The notes under the pieces were generated by a model that made no database searches, had not been told where the DNA came from, and saw only the letters and a program-made list of their open reading frames with translations. Below, one piece after another: positions 18,465-28,079 of a stretch of 32,000 nt of DNA (within the stretch, counting starts at the first letter, position 1; each line of letters opens with the position of its first letter). This DNA comes from an uncultured Candidatus Saccharibacteria bacterium (GTDB lineage: Bacteria > Patescibacteriota > UBA1384 > XYA2-FULL-43-10 > 1-14-0-10-43-13). The stretch spans positions 1 through 32,000 of the forward strand of contig CAZIYE010000001.1 of assembly GCA_964543385.1 (NCBI GenBank), in the 5' to 3' direction. The position numbers were made by a program, and so were the translations under genes.

Positions 18465-19028
18465 ATGAAATTCATTTTAGGCCAAAAATTAGGTATGTCA
18501 CGAGTCTTCGATGCAGAAGGCAAAAGTATTGCTGTTAATAAGATTAAAGCATTGCCTTGTTCTGTATCTGCTATAAAGACAGTAGAGAAAGATGGTTATA
18601 TAGCTGTCCAAATCAAAGCAGTCAAAATGGTAGGTGAAAAAGAACGTGAAGTAAAGACATGTGAATTCAAAGCACAGGGCGAATTCAAAAAAGGTGATAA
18701 AATTACACTTGAACAGTTTGAAGCTGGTGACAAAGTTACTGTAACAGGCACAAGCAAGGGTAAAGGCTTTGCCGGCACAATCAAGAGACATGGCTTCCAT
18801 AGAGGTCCTGAATCTCATGGTGGTAACAATGTACGTGAGCCAGGGTCAATTGGTGGTGGTTATCCTCAAAGAGTAGTCAAGGGTCGCAGAATGGCTGGAC
18901 ATATGGGTGACGAGACTATCACAGTGAAGAATCTTAAAGTTGTTGACGTTGATAAAGATATTATATTAATATCAGGTGCTATCCCTGGATCAAACAGAGC
19001 AGTTTTAAAAATATATACAGCAGCTTAA
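18465..19028 (+). CDS. rplC: 50S ribosomal protein L3 (short, 187 aa)
   Basis: The N-terminus MKFILGQKLGMSRVFDAEGK and the FKGKGFAGTIKRHGF motif are present. Confidence 0.96.
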   Translation: MKFILGQKLGMSRVFDAEGKSIAVNKIKALPCSVSAIKTVEKDGYIAVQIKAVKMVGEKEREVKTCEFKAQGEFKKGDKITLEQFEAGDKVTVTGTSKGKGFAGTIKRHGFHRGPESHGGNNVREPGSIGGGYPQRVVKGRRMAGHMGDETITVKNLKVVDVDKDIILISGAIPGSNRAVLKIYTAA

Positions 19029-19059
19029 GTCCATTACTAGAAATAAATAGACATTATAT

Positions 19060-19689
19060 ATGAAGATAGAAGTTTTAAATCAATCAGGCGAAAAAGTAAA
19101 AGATCTGCAGTTAAGCAACATTTTTGATGTTCAGCTTTCCCCTGAGGCATTATCTTTGTATGTAAATTATTTAAGAAATTCTTTACGCGGAGCAGTTGCA
19201 AACTCTAAAGACAGAAGTGAAGTCTCTGGTGGCGGCAAGAAACCTTATAAACAAAAAGGAACTGGTAGAGCTAGACAAGGTTCTTCACGTTCACCAATTT
19301 GGGTAGGTGGTGGTGTAACTTTCGGTCCAACCAACGATCGAAATTTTAGAACAAAGATAAACAAATCTCAAAAGAGAAATGTTATCATGGGAATTTTCGG
19401 TGAGGCATTCAGACAGAACAAAGCAGTTGTAATTGACAGTCTTGCTCTTAAATCACCAAAAACAAAGGAAGCTGTATCTATCTTAAATTCTGCTAAAGTA
19501 GAAGGAAAGATATCAGTTATTCTAAACGACAGCGATATAAACGCAGACATGTCCTTTAGAAATCTTGATGGCGTTAGCATGATGGTTTCTAGTAAACTGA
19601 ATGTTATCGACTTGATATCTGCCGATAAAATGGTTTTTTCCCTGGATTCATTGAATAAATTAGAAGAAATTTTTAGCAACAAAAAATAG
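19060..19689 (+). CDS. rplD: 50S ribosomal protein L4
   Basis: The [34 protein letters not shown] motif is present. Confidence 0.97.
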   Translation: MKIEVLNQSGEKVKDLQLSNIFDVQLSPEALSLYVNYLRNSLRGAVANSKDRSEVSGGGKKPYKQKGTGRARQGSSRSPIWVGGGVTFGPTNDRNFRTKINKSQKRNVIMGIFGEAFRQNKAVVIDSLALKSPKTKEAVSILNSAKVEGKISVILNDSDINADMSFRNLDGVSMMVSSKLNVIDLISADKMVFSLDSLNKLEEIFSNKK

Positions 19690-19690
19690 T

Positions 19691-20065
19691 ATGGACACAA
19701 ATATTTTAAAAAGAGCATTGGTATCAGAAAAAAGCTTCAGTAAAGCAACAGAAGGTAAATTTACTTTTGTAGTAGATAAATCGGCTACAAAAGAAACTGT
19801 TGCACAATCTATTGAAGAGCTTTTTGGCGTCAATGTCCTTTCTGTTAATATTGCAAATATTATTGGTAAGGTAAAAAGATCAAAAAAAGGGCTCGGGAAG
19901 AGGTCTGATTATAAAAAAGCTATTGTTGCTTTGAAAAAAGGACAAAAGATTGATCTTTTTGAAATTGAGCAACCAGAAGAAAAAGAGAAAAACAAAAAGA
20001 AAGTCGAGAAGAAGGAAGAAGTATCTTCAGACACAACTGTAAAAGTAAGAGAAAAAAAGAAATAA
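19691..20065 (+). CDS. rplW: 50S ribosomal protein L23 with a Lys/Glu-rich C-terminal tail
   Basis: The L23 core is present (LVSEKS...FTFVVDKSATKETV...DYKKAIVALKKGQKIDLF), followed by a ~30-aa charged tail. Confidence 0.95.
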   Translation: MDTNILKRALVSEKSFSKATEGKFTFVVDKSATKETVAQSIEELFGVNVLSVNIANIIGKVKRSKKGLGKRSDYKKAIVALKKGQKIDLFEIEQPEEKEKNKKKVEKKEEVSSDTTVKVREKKK

Positions 20066-20093
20066 TACTTAGTTTTAAATTTTATTGTATATT

Positions 20094-20924
20094 ATGCCAA
20101 CAAGAAGAGTAAAACCTACAACAAACGCCAGAAGAAAATTGTCTTATCAAATTTTCGACGTAGATAAAGTCGAATCAGAGAAGTCACTTACTTTTGGTGT
20201 TAAGCGTACATCTGGGCGTAATCATGCTGGTCAGCTTGTTGTTATGCACAAGGGTGGCGGAGTTAAGAGAAAATATCGTATTATCGATTTCTCAATGGCA
20301 AATTATATTGGCAAGACAGCAAAAGTTGAAAGTGTCCAATATGATCCAAACCGCTCAGCTAATATAGCATTGCTATCATTTGACGACGAGTCAAAAGTTT
20401 ATATCATTGCACCAGATGGTCTGAGAAAAGGCGCATCTGTTACTTGCGACGAAAAGGCAGCTCCAAAAGTTGGAAACAGAATGAAATTAAAGAACATTCC
20501 TCTTTCAACCCAAATTCATAACATCGAGCTCACTAATGGTAAGGGTGGTCAGATATGCAGAAGTGCTGGTACATTTGCAACTATGCTTGGCGTAGACGGT
20601 AAATATGCGCAGGTAAGACTAACCTCAGGTGAAGTTCGAAGAGTTTTATCTGAGAATTTTGCTTCTATTGGAATAGTCTCAAATATAGATCATTCAAAAG
20701 TTATTTTAGGTAAAGCCGGTCGAGTCCGACACATGGGTATCAAGCCAACAGTACTTGGTAAATCCAAGAACCCTGTTGACCATCCTCATGGTGGTGGTGA
20801 AGGTCATACTTCAATAGGTTTGAAGTATCCAAAAACTCCATGGGGCGCACCTGCATTGGGCCGAAGAACAAGAAACAAAAAGAAATCAGGTTCCAAATTA
20901 ATCTTGTCACGGAGAAAGAAATAA
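20094..20924 (+). CDS. rplB: 50S ribosomal protein L2
   Basis: I prefer the ATG at 20094 ([14 protein letters not shown]) over the track's TTG at 20085. The HPHGGGEG motif is present. Confidence 0.97.
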   Translation: MPTRRVKPTTNARRKLSYQIFDVDKVESEKSLTFGVKRTSGRNHAGQLVVMHKGGGVKRKYRIIDFSMANYIGKTAKVESVQYDPNRSANIALLSFDDESKVYIIAPDGLRKGASVTCDEKAAPKVGNRMKLKNIPLSTQIHNIELTNGKGGQICRSAGTFATMLGVDGKYAQVRLTSGEVRRVLSENFASIGIVSNIDHSKVILGKAGRVRHMGIKPTVLGKSKNPVDHPHGGGEGHTSIGLKYPKTPWGAPALGRRTRNKKKSGSKLILSRRKK

Positions 20925-21214
20925 TGTCACGATCACTTAAAAAAGGACCTTTTGTAGACGAAAAGCTCTTAATAAAGATCCAAAAAGCAGAAAAATCTGG
21001 CGATAAAAAACCAATCAGGACTTGGGCGCGATGCTCAACAGTTATTCCTGAAATGGTTGGCATGACTTTTGCTGTGCATAATGGCAAAGATCACATTCCC
21101 GTCTTTATCGTTGAGGAAATGGTCGGACATAAGCTTGGTGAGTTTGCTCCAACAAGAAAATTCAGAAGTCACGGTGGTAAAATGGCCAAAGAGCAAGCCA
21201 AGACCGGTAAATAA
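20924..21214 (+). CDS. rpsS: 30S ribosomal protein S19
   Basis: The true start is [12 protein letters not shown] at 20924, sharing a TAATG overlap with the rplB stop. The upstream part of track ORF 20840 overlaps rplB in another frame. Confidence 0.96.
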   Translation: MSRSLKKGPFVDEKLLIKIQKAEKSGDKKPIRTWARCSTVIPEMVGMTFAVHNGKDHIPVFIVEEMVGHKLGEFAPTRKFRSHGGKMAKEQAKTGK

Positions 21215-21234
21215 TAGTTTATAGAGAGAACAAA

Positions 21235-21624
21235 ATGGAATTCAAAGTAAAAAGTTTATATTTGAAAATTTCCCCTCGTAAGATGAGACCTGTTTTGCAT
21301 GGTCTTCGAGATATGACTGCTCTTGAGGCAAAAAATGCCCTGGCCTTCACTAACAGAAAAGCTGCTGGATTTTTGTATGGTCTAGTTAGATCGGGAATTG
21401 CTGTTGCTAAAGAGAATTACTTTGAAGCCGCCGATGTTAAAGTAAAGAGCATATTTTGTGATGAGGGTCCTAGATTAAAGAGAATCCAACCTTGGTCAAA
21501 GGGTCAAGCTCGAAGAATTACAAAACGTATGTGTCATGTTACTTTAGTATTGGAAGGGCAAGACAAGCCAAAAGAAGCAAAGAATAACGACCAAGATATT
21601 AAAAAGAGCGAGGAAAAGAAATAA
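21235..21624 (+). CDS. rplV: 50S ribosomal protein L22 with a charged C-terminal tail
   Basis: ISPRKMRPVLHGLRDM...A...RIQPWSKGQARRITKRMCHVTLVL is an L22 core. Confidence 0.95.
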   Translation: MEFKVKSLYLKISPRKMRPVLHGLRDMTALEAKNALAFTNRKAAGFLYGLVRSGIAVAKENYFEAADVKVKSIFCDEGPRLKRIQPWSKGQARRITKRMCHVTLVLEGQDKPKEAKNNDQDIKKSEEKK

Positions 21625-22271
21625 TGGGACAAAAAGTTAACCCAAAATCTATTCGCCTAAAGATTAATGAACTATGGCAATCAAAATGGTACAGCAAACA
21701 GTCTTACAGAGACAACCTTATTGCTGACCTCAGGATTAGACGATCTTTAGAAAAGAAGCTCAAAGAGGCTGCAATTTCTAAAATTACTATCAACCGCGAT
21801 TCCAATAAAGTCACAATCGATATTCACACAGGTCGCCCTGGTATCGTTATCGGACGAGGAGGCGCTGGAGCTGAAGAATTGAAGAAGTTTCTTACAACAT
21901 TTGTTACTGATAAAATCCAGATTAATATAATCGAGGTCAAAAAGCCCGATATGGACGCTGCTGTTGTTGCTCAAGCAGTCGCTTCTCAGATTGAGAAACG
22001 CGTTCCTTTTAAGAGAGCGATGAAACAGGCAATTGATAAAGCCAAGACTGCAGGAGCAAAGGGTATTAAAATCCAAGTAGCAGGCCGTTTAAACGGAGCA
22101 GAAATTGCCAGAGATGAGAAACTAAGTTTTGGTACTGTGCCCCTTTCAACTTTCAAAAGTGATATAGATTATAAATATCTTACAGCCTTGACTACCTATG
22201 GTATTATCGGCGTAAAAGTTTGGATATACAAAGGCGAGAGACTTCTTGCAGAAGAAGACTTTGCAAAATAA
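21624..22271 (+). CDS. rpsC: 30S ribosomal protein S3
   Basis: The N-terminus MGQKVNPKSIRL, a KH domain and GRLNGAEIAR are present. The start shares a TAATG overlap with the rplV stop. Confidence 0.97.
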   Translation: MGQKVNPKSIRLKINELWQSKWYSKQSYRDNLIADLRIRRSLEKKLKEAAISKITINRDSNKVTIDIHTGRPGIVIGRGGAGAEELKKFLTTFVTDKIQINIIEVKKPDMDAAVVAQAVASQIEKRVPFKRAMKQAIDKAKTAGAKGIKIQVAGRLNGAEIARDEKLSFGTVPLSTFKSDIDYKYLTALTTYGIIGVKVWIYKGERLLAEEDFAK

Positions 22272-22308
22272 GAATTTAAAATACGAATAAAGAAAATAGG
22301 AAATACAT

Positions 22309-22722
22309 ATGTTAATGCCAAAGAAAATGAAATATCGAAAACAGCAAAGAGGTCGAATGACCGGTATTGCTAGTCGTGGAAATGATTTTGCTTTCGGCAA
22401 ATATGCTATTAAAGCCCTTGAACCAGGTTGGATATCCGCCCGCTCCATAGAATCTGCACGACGTGCCATGACTAGATATTGTAAAAAGGGTGGTCAAATC
22501 TGGATCAGAATTTTCCCAGATAAACCAGTAACGATGACTTCCCCCGAAGTTCCAATGGGATCAGGTAAGGGTGCTGTTGATCACTTTATTGCAGTTATAA
22601 AACCAGGAAGAATCCTCTTTGAGATGGATGGCGTTGAACATTCCATAGCTAAAGAGGCAATGAGACTTGCTATGTATAAACTTCCTATTAAAACAAAGTT
22701 CATCAGCAAGGAAGAGGAATAA
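22309..22722 (+). CDS. rplP: 50S ribosomal protein L16
   Basis: [17 protein letters not shown]...MGSGKGAV is canonical L16. Confidence 0.97.
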   Translation: MLMPKKMKYRKQQRGRMTGIASRGNDFAFGKYAIKALEPGWISARSIESARRAMTRYCKKGGQIWIRIFPDKPVTMTSPEVPMGSGKGAVDHFIAVIKPGRILFEMDGVEHSIAKEAMRLAMYKLPIKTKFISKEEE

Positions 22723-22723
22723 A

Positions 22724-22930
22724 ATGAAGATTACTGAAGAAATAAAAAATTTAAGAAGTCTTGACATCGAAAAGCTTGAAAAAGAGCTTTATGAAACAGA
22801 GAAGAAGCTTCTGGAAGAGAATCTTAAAGTTAAAGCAGGTAAACTGGACAACTATTCTCTGATATCAAAGAGCAAGAAAAAAGTTGCTCGAATCAGTACA
22901 ATAATTAATGAAAAAATGGGGAATGAATAA
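22724..22930 (+). CDS. rpmC: 50S ribosomal protein L29
   Basis: The true start is [24 protein letters not shown] at 22724. The first 19 codons of track ORF 22667 overlap rplP. Confidence 0.92.
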   Translation: MKITEEIKNLRSLDIEKLEKELYETEKKLLEENLKVKAGKLDNYSLISKSKKKVARISTIINEKMGNE

Positions 22931-23175
22931 TGACTAAAGAGTCAATAAAAGTTAAAAAAGGTGTCGTTGTTTCAGACAAGATGGATAAAACCGTCGTTGT
23001 TAAGATTGACAGAGTCAAAACCCACCCTATTTATAAGAAGAAATTTGTCATGAGTCAAAAATTCAAAGCTCATGATGAAAAAAATGAATACAAAGCTGGA
23101 AATATAGTTGAAATCACTGAAACAAGACCAATTTCCGGTGACAAGAAATTTAAAGTTGTAAGGAAGGTTGTCTAA
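22930..23175 (+). CDS. rpsQ: 30S ribosomal protein S17
   Basis: [27 protein letters not shown]...KAHDE is an S17 core. The start shares a TAATG overlap with the rpmC stop. Confidence 0.96.
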   Translation: MTKESIKVKKGVVVSDKMDKTVVVKIDRVKTHPIYKKKFVMSQKFKAHDEKNEYKAGNIVEITETRPISGDKKFKVVRKVV

Positions 23176-23543
23176 TGATACAGCCAGGAACAAGATTAAA
23201 AGTTGCAGACAATACTGGTGCAAAAGAGATAGAGTGTATAACAGTTTTGGGACGCGCGAATAGATGCGGTGCCAAAGTTGGAGACATTATCTCTGCTTCT
23301 GTTAAAGACGCTATTCCACGTGGAAATGTCAAAAGAAAAGAAGTTGTCAAAGCAGTTATTGTAAGAACAATAAAAGCAGTATCAAGGGAAGACGGTTCTT
23401 ATATCAGCTTTAGTGAAAATGCTGCCGTTATTATTAACGCAGACAACAAAGAACCTAGGGGAACACGTATATTTGGCCCAATACCTCGTGAATTAAGAGC
23501 CGGGTATATGAAGATCATCTCACTAGCACCAGAAGTACTTTAG
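23175..23543 (+). CDS. rplN: 50S ribosomal protein L14
   Basis: [18 protein letters not shown]...[15 protein letters not shown] is canonical L14. Confidence 0.98.
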   Translation: MIQPGTRLKVADNTGAKEIECITVLGRANRCGAKVGDIISASVKDAIPRGNVKRKEVVKAVIVRTIKAVSREDGSYISFSENAAVIINADNKEPRGTRIFGPIPRELRAGYMKIISLAPEVL

Positions 23544-23581
23544 TCAATTAAATTAGAAATATATAAAGTTAAAGCCGAAAT

Positions 23582-23902
23582 ATGAAAATAAAGAAAAACG
23601 ACAACGTAGCAATCATCACAGGAAAAGACAAAGGTAAGTCTGGTATTGTTGAACGTGTATTTCCAAAAGAAGACAAGCTTGTTGTCAAAGGAATCGCAAT
23701 CGCGAAAAAGCATATCAAACCATCCAAAAAGGCACCACAGGGCGGTATCATTGAAATCAATCAAAAAATTGATGTATCAAATGTAATGATGGTGTGTCCC
23801 GCTTGCGGCAAACTATCAAAAATAGCCTATAAAATCGGCGAAAAAGGTAAGACAAGAATTTGTAAGAAATGTAATCAAAGCCTAGAAGGTGGGAATCAAT
23901 AA
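23582..23902 (+). CDS. rplX: 50S ribosomal protein L24 (with C-terminal CxxC...CxxC)
   Basis: KKNDNVAIITGKDKGKSGIV is a KOW motif. The C-terminus reads CPACGK...CKKC. Confidence 0.95.
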   Translation: MKIKKNDNVAIITGKDKGKSGIVERVFPKEDKLVVKGIAIAKKHIKPSKKAPQGGIIEINQKIDVSNVMMVCPACGKLSKIAYKIGEKGKTRICKKCNQSLEGGNQ

Positions 23903-24450
23903 TGGATAAGCTCTTAAAACAATTTAAAGAAAATATCATTAAAGATATCAAATCCACTCTGAAGAAGGAGAACGTGTTCGAAGTCCCTCAGATAGAGAAA
24001 GTCATTGTATCAACAGGTACAGGTGATTTTAAGGACGATAAAAATGCAATAGAGAAGATCGCCAAAGAAATGGCAAAAATCACCGGTCAAAAAGCTAACG
24101 TTAACCTTTCGAAGAAAGCTGTTTCTGCTTTTAAGCTCAGAATCGGCCAACCTGTAGGATTAACTGTCACTCTTCGAGGAGAAAGAATGTATGACTTTGT
24201 TAACCGTTTGGTCAACATAGCACTGCCACGAGTAAGAGATTTTCGTGGATTGAAACTTACTTCCTTTGACAATCAGGGCAATTATTCAATTGGCTTGAGA
24301 GACTATTCGATCTTCCCTGAGATTAAATACGAAGATATTACAGTTAATTTCGGTTTAGAAATTTGTATCAAAACTACCGCCAATAACAAAGAAGATGCAA
24401 GAGTTCTACTTGAAAAGCTTGGATTCCCATTTGAAAAGGGAATTAAATAA
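23902..24450 (+). CDS. rplE: 50S ribosomal protein L5
   Basis: The position fits, and the motifs [28 protein letters not shown]...GNYSIG are present. Confidence 0.97.
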   Translation: MDKLLKQFKENIIKDIKSTLKKENVFEVPQIEKVIVSTGTGDFKDDKNAIEKIAKEMAKITGQKANVNLSKKAVSAFKLRIGQPVGLTVTLRGERMYDFVNRLVNIALPRVRDFRGLKLTSFDNQGNYSIGLRDYSIFPEIKYEDITVNFGLEICIKTTANNKEDARVLLEKLGFPFEKGIK

Positions 24451-24458
24451 GGAGAGAT

Positions 24459-24644
24459 ATGGCAAAAACATCAATGATTGTAAAAGCGAATAGAAAACCA
24501 AAATATTCAACACGTGTTATCAGACGCTGTAAGCTCTGTGGTCGAAAGCATGCTTATATCAGGAAGTTTGGTATGTGTAGAATTTGCTTCAGGGAACTCG
24601 CCTCAAGGGGTGAAATTCCAGGAGTAGTTAAATCAAGCTGGTAA
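24459..24644 (+). CDS. rpsN: 30S ribosomal protein S14, zinc-binding type Z (61 aa)
   Basis: The protein is 61 aa with CKLCGR...CRICFRE (CxxC-x12-CxxC) and ends in W. Confidence 0.96.
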   Translation: MAKTSMIVKANRKPKYSTRVIRRCKLCGRKHAYIRKFGMCRICFRELASRGEIPGVVKSSW

Positions 24645-24666
24645 TTTTTAAGAATCAAGGCATACA

Positions 24667-25044
24667 ATGGATCAAATAGCAGACTTACTAACTAGAATCA
24701 AAAATACTTCAATGGCTGGGAAATATGAGATTAACATCTCTCACTCTAAGGTCAAAGAGGCTATTTTGGACATTCTTAAAAACGAAGGCTTTATTACTTC
24801 AGTGGAGTTTTCCGAAGTTGAGGGCAAGAAATTAATTAAAGCCGTAATTTCTCAGTCAAAAACTCCTTCTCACTTAAAGCAGTTGAGCAAGCCAGGTAGA
24901 AGAGTTTATGCAAAAAATAAAGAGATTCCTGTTCCACTTAGAGGACTCGGTACAGTTATAATTTCTACATCTGTAGGAATAGTGACTGGAAAAATTGCCA
25001 GAAAAAGTGGCTTGGGTGGGGAATTAATTTGTGAAATCTGGTAA
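24667..25044 (+). CDS. rpsH: 30S ribosomal protein S8
   Basis: IADLLTRIKN...ILKNEGFI...GGELICEIW is canonical S8. Confidence 0.97.
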   Translation: MDQIADLLTRIKNTSMAGKYEINISHSKVKEAILDILKNEGFITSVEFSEVEGKKLIKAVISQSKTPSHLKQLSKPGRRVYAKNKEIPVPLRGLGTVIISTSVGIVTGKIARKSGLGGELICEIW

Positions 25045-25070
25045 ACAAACAATAAGCGAATAAGGCAAAT

Positions 25071-25610
25071 ATGAGTAAAATAGGCAAAAGACCAATTAAA
25101 ATTTCAGAAGGCACAGTCATAAATCTCGAAGATGGCAAGATTTTAGTATCTTCCGGTGAGAAGAAACTTGAGATGGAGATTCCAAGAGAAACCACCGTCA
25201 AAATTGAGGACGGAAATGTTGTTGTTTCGAGGATTAATGATACTAAGCCAGCCAAAGAAAAACATGGACTAGTCGCTCGTCTTATTGGCAATATGATAAC
25301 TGGTGTTTCAACCGGATTCACTAAAGAGCTCACCTTTACTGGTACAGGCTATAGAGCCGCAGTACAAGGTAGCGAATTGTTATTAAATATGGGATATTCT
25401 CACGAAATCAAGCTTCCAGTACCAGAAGGATTAGAGGTTAAGGTTGTAAAAAACTCCATTCTAATTTCTGGCATAGATAAAGCCAAGATAGGACAATTTG
25501 CCGCTGTTGTCCGTGAAGTTCGTCCCCCAGAGGTTTACAAAGGCAAAGGCATTAAATATAAAGAAGAGCACATCAGACGTAAAGCTGGTAAAACTGCTGC
25601 TTCTAAATAG
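25071..25610 (+). CDS. rplF: 50S ribosomal protein L6
   Basis: MSKIGKRPIKI...GTGYRA...LNMGYSHEI...PEVYKGKGIKY is canonical L6. Confidence 0.97.
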   Translation: MSKIGKRPIKISEGTVINLEDGKILVSSGEKKLEMEIPRETTVKIEDGNVVVSRINDTKPAKEKHGLVARLIGNMITGVSTGFTKELTFTGTGYRAAVQGSELLLNMGYSHEIKLPVPEGLEVKVVKNSILISGIDKAKIGQFAAVVREVRPPEVYKGKGIKYKEEHIRRKAGKTAASK

Positions 25611-25624
25611 ATTAGGATTATATA

Positions 25625-25933
25625 ATGGCAAAAACAGAAAAAATTTATGGAACAGGCAAGAAACCACGAGTTTCTGTATTTCGTTCAAATAAATATATTA
25701 GCGCTCAAGTCATAGATGATGAAACAGGTGTAACAATTTTGTCGAAGAGTTCAAAAGAGGTCGACGTTAAAGGTACAACTATTGAGAAGTCCTTCAAAAC
25801 AGGTGAATTATTGGGTGAGGCTGTAAAAGCCAAAAAAATAGTGGAAATTGTTTTTGATAGAGGTGTCTACCGTTATCATGGCCAGGTAAAGTCATTTGCC
25901 GATGGAATAAGAAAAGCTGGCATTAAGTTTTAA
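25625..25933 (+). CDS. rplR: 50S ribosomal protein L18 (short, 102 aa)
   Basis: PRVSVFRSNKYISAQVIDD...FDRGVYRYHGQVKSFADGIRKAGIKF is an L18 core. Confidence 0.96.
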   Translation: MAKTEKIYGTGKKPRVSVFRSNKYISAQVIDDETGVTILSKSSKEVDVKGTTIEKSFKTGELLGEAVKAKKIVEIVFDRGVYRYHGQVKSFADGIRKAGIKF

Positions 25934-25944
25934 TAAGGAAAAAA

Positions 25945-26646
25945 ATGTCTGACAAACCAGAAGAAAAAGTAGAGAATAAATCAGAGAGACCAGTAAAAAA
26001 TATCATGAGAAAAAGGTTTCACGATGATAAGAGAGAAGCGCCAGAGTTTGAAGAGCGCGTTATTGAAGTTCGCCGTGTAGCCAGAACTGTTAAAGGTGGA
26101 CGACGTATCAGATTTAGAGCTCTAGTTGTAATTGGTAATAGAAAAGGCAAGATCGGAATGGGCCTTGGCAAATCCAATGATGTTTCTGAGGCTGTAAGAA
26201 AAGCTGTTACTCAAGCCAAGAAGAATCTAGTGATAGTTCCAATCATCAACGGCACGATTCCTTATGAAGTTACATCAAAACATGGTTCAGCTGTAGTTAT
26301 GCTAAAACCTGCTACTAGTGGTACATCTATTGTGGCTGGTGGTAGTGTTCGCGCAGTAGCTGATCTTGCAGGTATTACAGACATTCTTTCTAAAATGCTC
26401 GGAAGCGCAAGCAAAGTAAACAATATCATTGCTACCATGAAGGCACTTTCAACTTTCAATGTTGCGTATACTGAAAAGATCAGAGAGTTTGCAGAGAATC
26501 AAAAAGATAGAGTAGTACAAGCACAAGCAGTAGCAACTTTAGCAACTGAAGCGGTTGAAGTTCCTAAAACTGTTGTTGCAGAAAAGACTGAAAAGAAACC
26601 AAAAACAGATGTTAAAAAAGCTGCCAAGAAAAGCATGAAAAAATAG
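25945..26646 (+). CDS. rpsE: 30S ribosomal protein S5 with N- and C-terminal extensions (233 aa)
   Basis: The core is RVARTVKGGRRIRFRALVVIGNRKGKIGMGLGKSNDVSEAVRKA. It is flanked by ~35-aa N-terminal and ~65-aa C-terminal charged or Ala/Val-rich extensions. Confidence 0.96.
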   Translation: MSDKPEEKVENKSERPVKNIMRKRFHDDKREAPEFEERVIEVRRVARTVKGGRRIRFRALVVIGNRKGKIGMGLGKSNDVSEAVRKAVTQAKKNLVIVPIINGTIPYEVTSKHGSAVVMLKPATSGTSIVAGGSVRAVADLAGITDILSKMLGSASKVNNIIATMKALSTFNVAYTEKIREFAENQKDRVVQAQAVATLATEAVEVPKTVVAEKTEKKPKTDVKKAAKKSMKK

Positions 26647-26664
26647 CGCAATAAGGAAAAACAC

Positions 26665-27153
26665 ATGGAATTAGTATCAATAAAATCTAAAACTAAAAAG
26701 CGAATTGGCAGAGGACTGTCTGCTGGCCAAGGTAAAACTGCTGGCCGCGGCACCAAGGGACAAAAATCACGAAGTGGTTATAATTTGCCAAGAAAATTTG
26801 AAGGTGGCCAAACACCACTGTCAATGAGGTTGGCAAAGCTTCCAGGATTTAAGTCAATCCACAAAAAAGCTGAGGTTATATCCCTTGATCAAATTACAGC
26901 TAATTACAAAGACGGTGAAATAGTATCTCTAAAGACACTATCAGAGAAAAATCTTATTCAGGCTAAGGTCAGAAAAGTCAAAGTTTTGAATAATGGTGAG
27001 CTTTCAGTCGCTGTTACTTTTGATGACGTAAAAGTCTCAAAAGCTGTTACCGAAGCTGCCAAAGCGGTTAAACCAGAAAAAGTAGCTGCCGCAGATAAAA
27101 CAGAATTGCCAAAAGCAAAAGTTGCCAAAAGCAAACCAGAAACAAAAAAATAG
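26665..27153 (+). CDS. rplO: 50S ribosomal protein L15 with a Lys/Ala-rich tail
   Basis: The [24 protein letters not shown] motif is present. The gene starts 18 nt after rpsE, so no L30 gene lies between them. Confidence 0.96.
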   Translation: MELVSIKSKTKKRIGRGLSAGQGKTAGRGTKGQKSRSGYNLPRKFEGGQTPLSMRLAKLPGFKSIHKKAEVISLDQITANYKDGEIVSLKTLSEKNLIQAKVRKVKVLNNGELSVAVTFDDVKVSKAVTEAAKAVKPEKVAAADKTELPKAKVAKSKPETKK

Positions 27154-27176
27154 TTGTGCTCAATTGTATATACTGT

Positions 27177-27202
27177 AAAAACACCCAGATCTGGGTGTTT
27201 TT
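27177..27202. terminator. Intrinsic terminator AAAAACACCCA-GATC-TGGGTGTTTTT (A-tract and T-tract, potentially bidirectional)
   Basis: A perfect 11-bp stem followed by T5, 24 nt after the rplO stop. Confidence 0.75.
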
Positions 27203-27228
27203 ACGTTTAGAGACAAATTTGACCAATG

Positions 27229-27257
27229 TTCAAGTTTTGTCGATTTTCATGTACAAT
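27229..27257 (+). promoter_or_regulatory. Candidate promoter for the NYN gene: TTCAAG-17 nt-TACAAT
   Basis: Hexamers at 27229-27234 and 27252-27257. An AAAGGAAAAG purine-rich RBS precedes the ATG at 27283. Confidence 0.4.
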
Positions 27258-27282
27258 ATAAGTGTAAGTAATAAAGGAAAAG

Positions 27283-28020
27283 ATGTCTTTTAAATTTTTC
27301 ATGAAAAGACCAAATAATGAGACAAAAGATAAGCCAATTGTAAAAGCAGAGGCATCAGATGCAAATAATGTCCAACGAGCCCAAGATACAAAGAATAATC
27401 AAGTTTATGCCTTTATTGATGCCTCGAACCTTTTTTGGGGAGGAAAAGAAAGTATTGGTTTTCGCATCGACTACAAAAAATTGTTGAATTATTTAAAAGA
27501 AAGTCATAGTGTAACGAAGGCTTTTTACTATGGTGGTCTTCGAATATTCGATTTTGAGTTTTCCGTATTAGACAACAAAGATCTAAATCTATCCCTGGTA
27601 GAGGAATATTTGCAGAAAATTGAAGCGGATGCAGAGGAAAAAGAGCGTATTCTTATACAGAAATCCCTAAATAAAGTAAATTTTTATAAACTTTTGGAAT
27701 CCTATGGCTATATTATGAAGATAAAACCAGCTAAGGTATTTTATAGTGATGATGACGAGGATCAAGATGCCCCCATCCTAAAAGCGAACTGCGATGTTGA
27801 TATGACCTTTGACATGATGAGGTATATGCAGCAATACTCAGGCGTAGTTGCAATGACCGGGGACGGCGACTTTGCTTCAGTATTAAACTATCTAAAAGCA
27901 CATGACAGGGGTATGACGGTGGTCTCTCGATGGGATCGTACAGCCTCTGAGATTAGAAAAATCGCAGGAGATGATTTCGTTGACTTTGAGAAACTACGAG
28001 GACAAATATACCTTCGCTAG
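27283..28020 (+). CDS. NYN/LabA-like (PIN-superfamily) predicted ribonuclease with a ~55-aa internal insertion
   Basis: NYN acidic signature blocks are present: VYAFIDASNLF (D46, N49), KANCDVDMTFD (D171, D173, D177) and AMTGDGDFASVLNYLKAHDRGMTVVS (D194, D196). The N-terminal ~40 aa are Lys/Asn-rich and look disordered. Confidence 0.7.
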   Translation: MSFKFFMKRPNNETKDKPIVKAEASDANNVQRAQDTKNNQVYAFIDASNLFWGGKESIGFRIDYKKLLNYLKESHSVTKAFYYGGLRIFDFEFSVLDNKDLNLSLVEEYLQKIEADAEEKERILIQKSLNKVNFYKLLESYGYIMKIKPAKVFYSDDDEDQDAPILKANCDVDMTFDMMRYMQQYSGVVAMTGDGDFASVLNYLKAHDRGMTVVSRWDRTASEIRKIAGDDFVDFEKLRGQIYLR

Positions 28021-28050
28021 CCTAAACTATAATTTAGCTAAATTTTCACG

Positions 28051-28079
28051 TTGATTTATTCAACAAATTAAGCTATATT
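28051..28079 (+). promoter_or_regulatory. secY promoter TTGATT-17 nt-TATATT; the -10 ends 7 nt before the ATG
   Basis: Hexamers at 28051-28056 and 28074-28079. There is no SD before the ATG at 28087. Confidence 0.5.

Noticed and set aside
18447-18467. Leaderless rplC mRNA from a TATAAA box 6 nt upstream of the ATG
   Set aside because: I found no acceptable -35 or properly spaced extended -10 TG. The upstream TTGACT-17-TAAATT candidate is better.
20840-20923. N-terminal extension of the S19 ORF ([12 protein letters not shown]...)
   Set aside because: This stretch lies inside rplB in another frame. Canonical S19 begins [10 protein letters not shown] at 20924, with a TAATG overlap.
22667-22723. 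N-terminal extension of the L29 ORF
   Set aside because: It overlaps the 3' end of rplP. The canonical L29 start MKITEEIK is at 22724.
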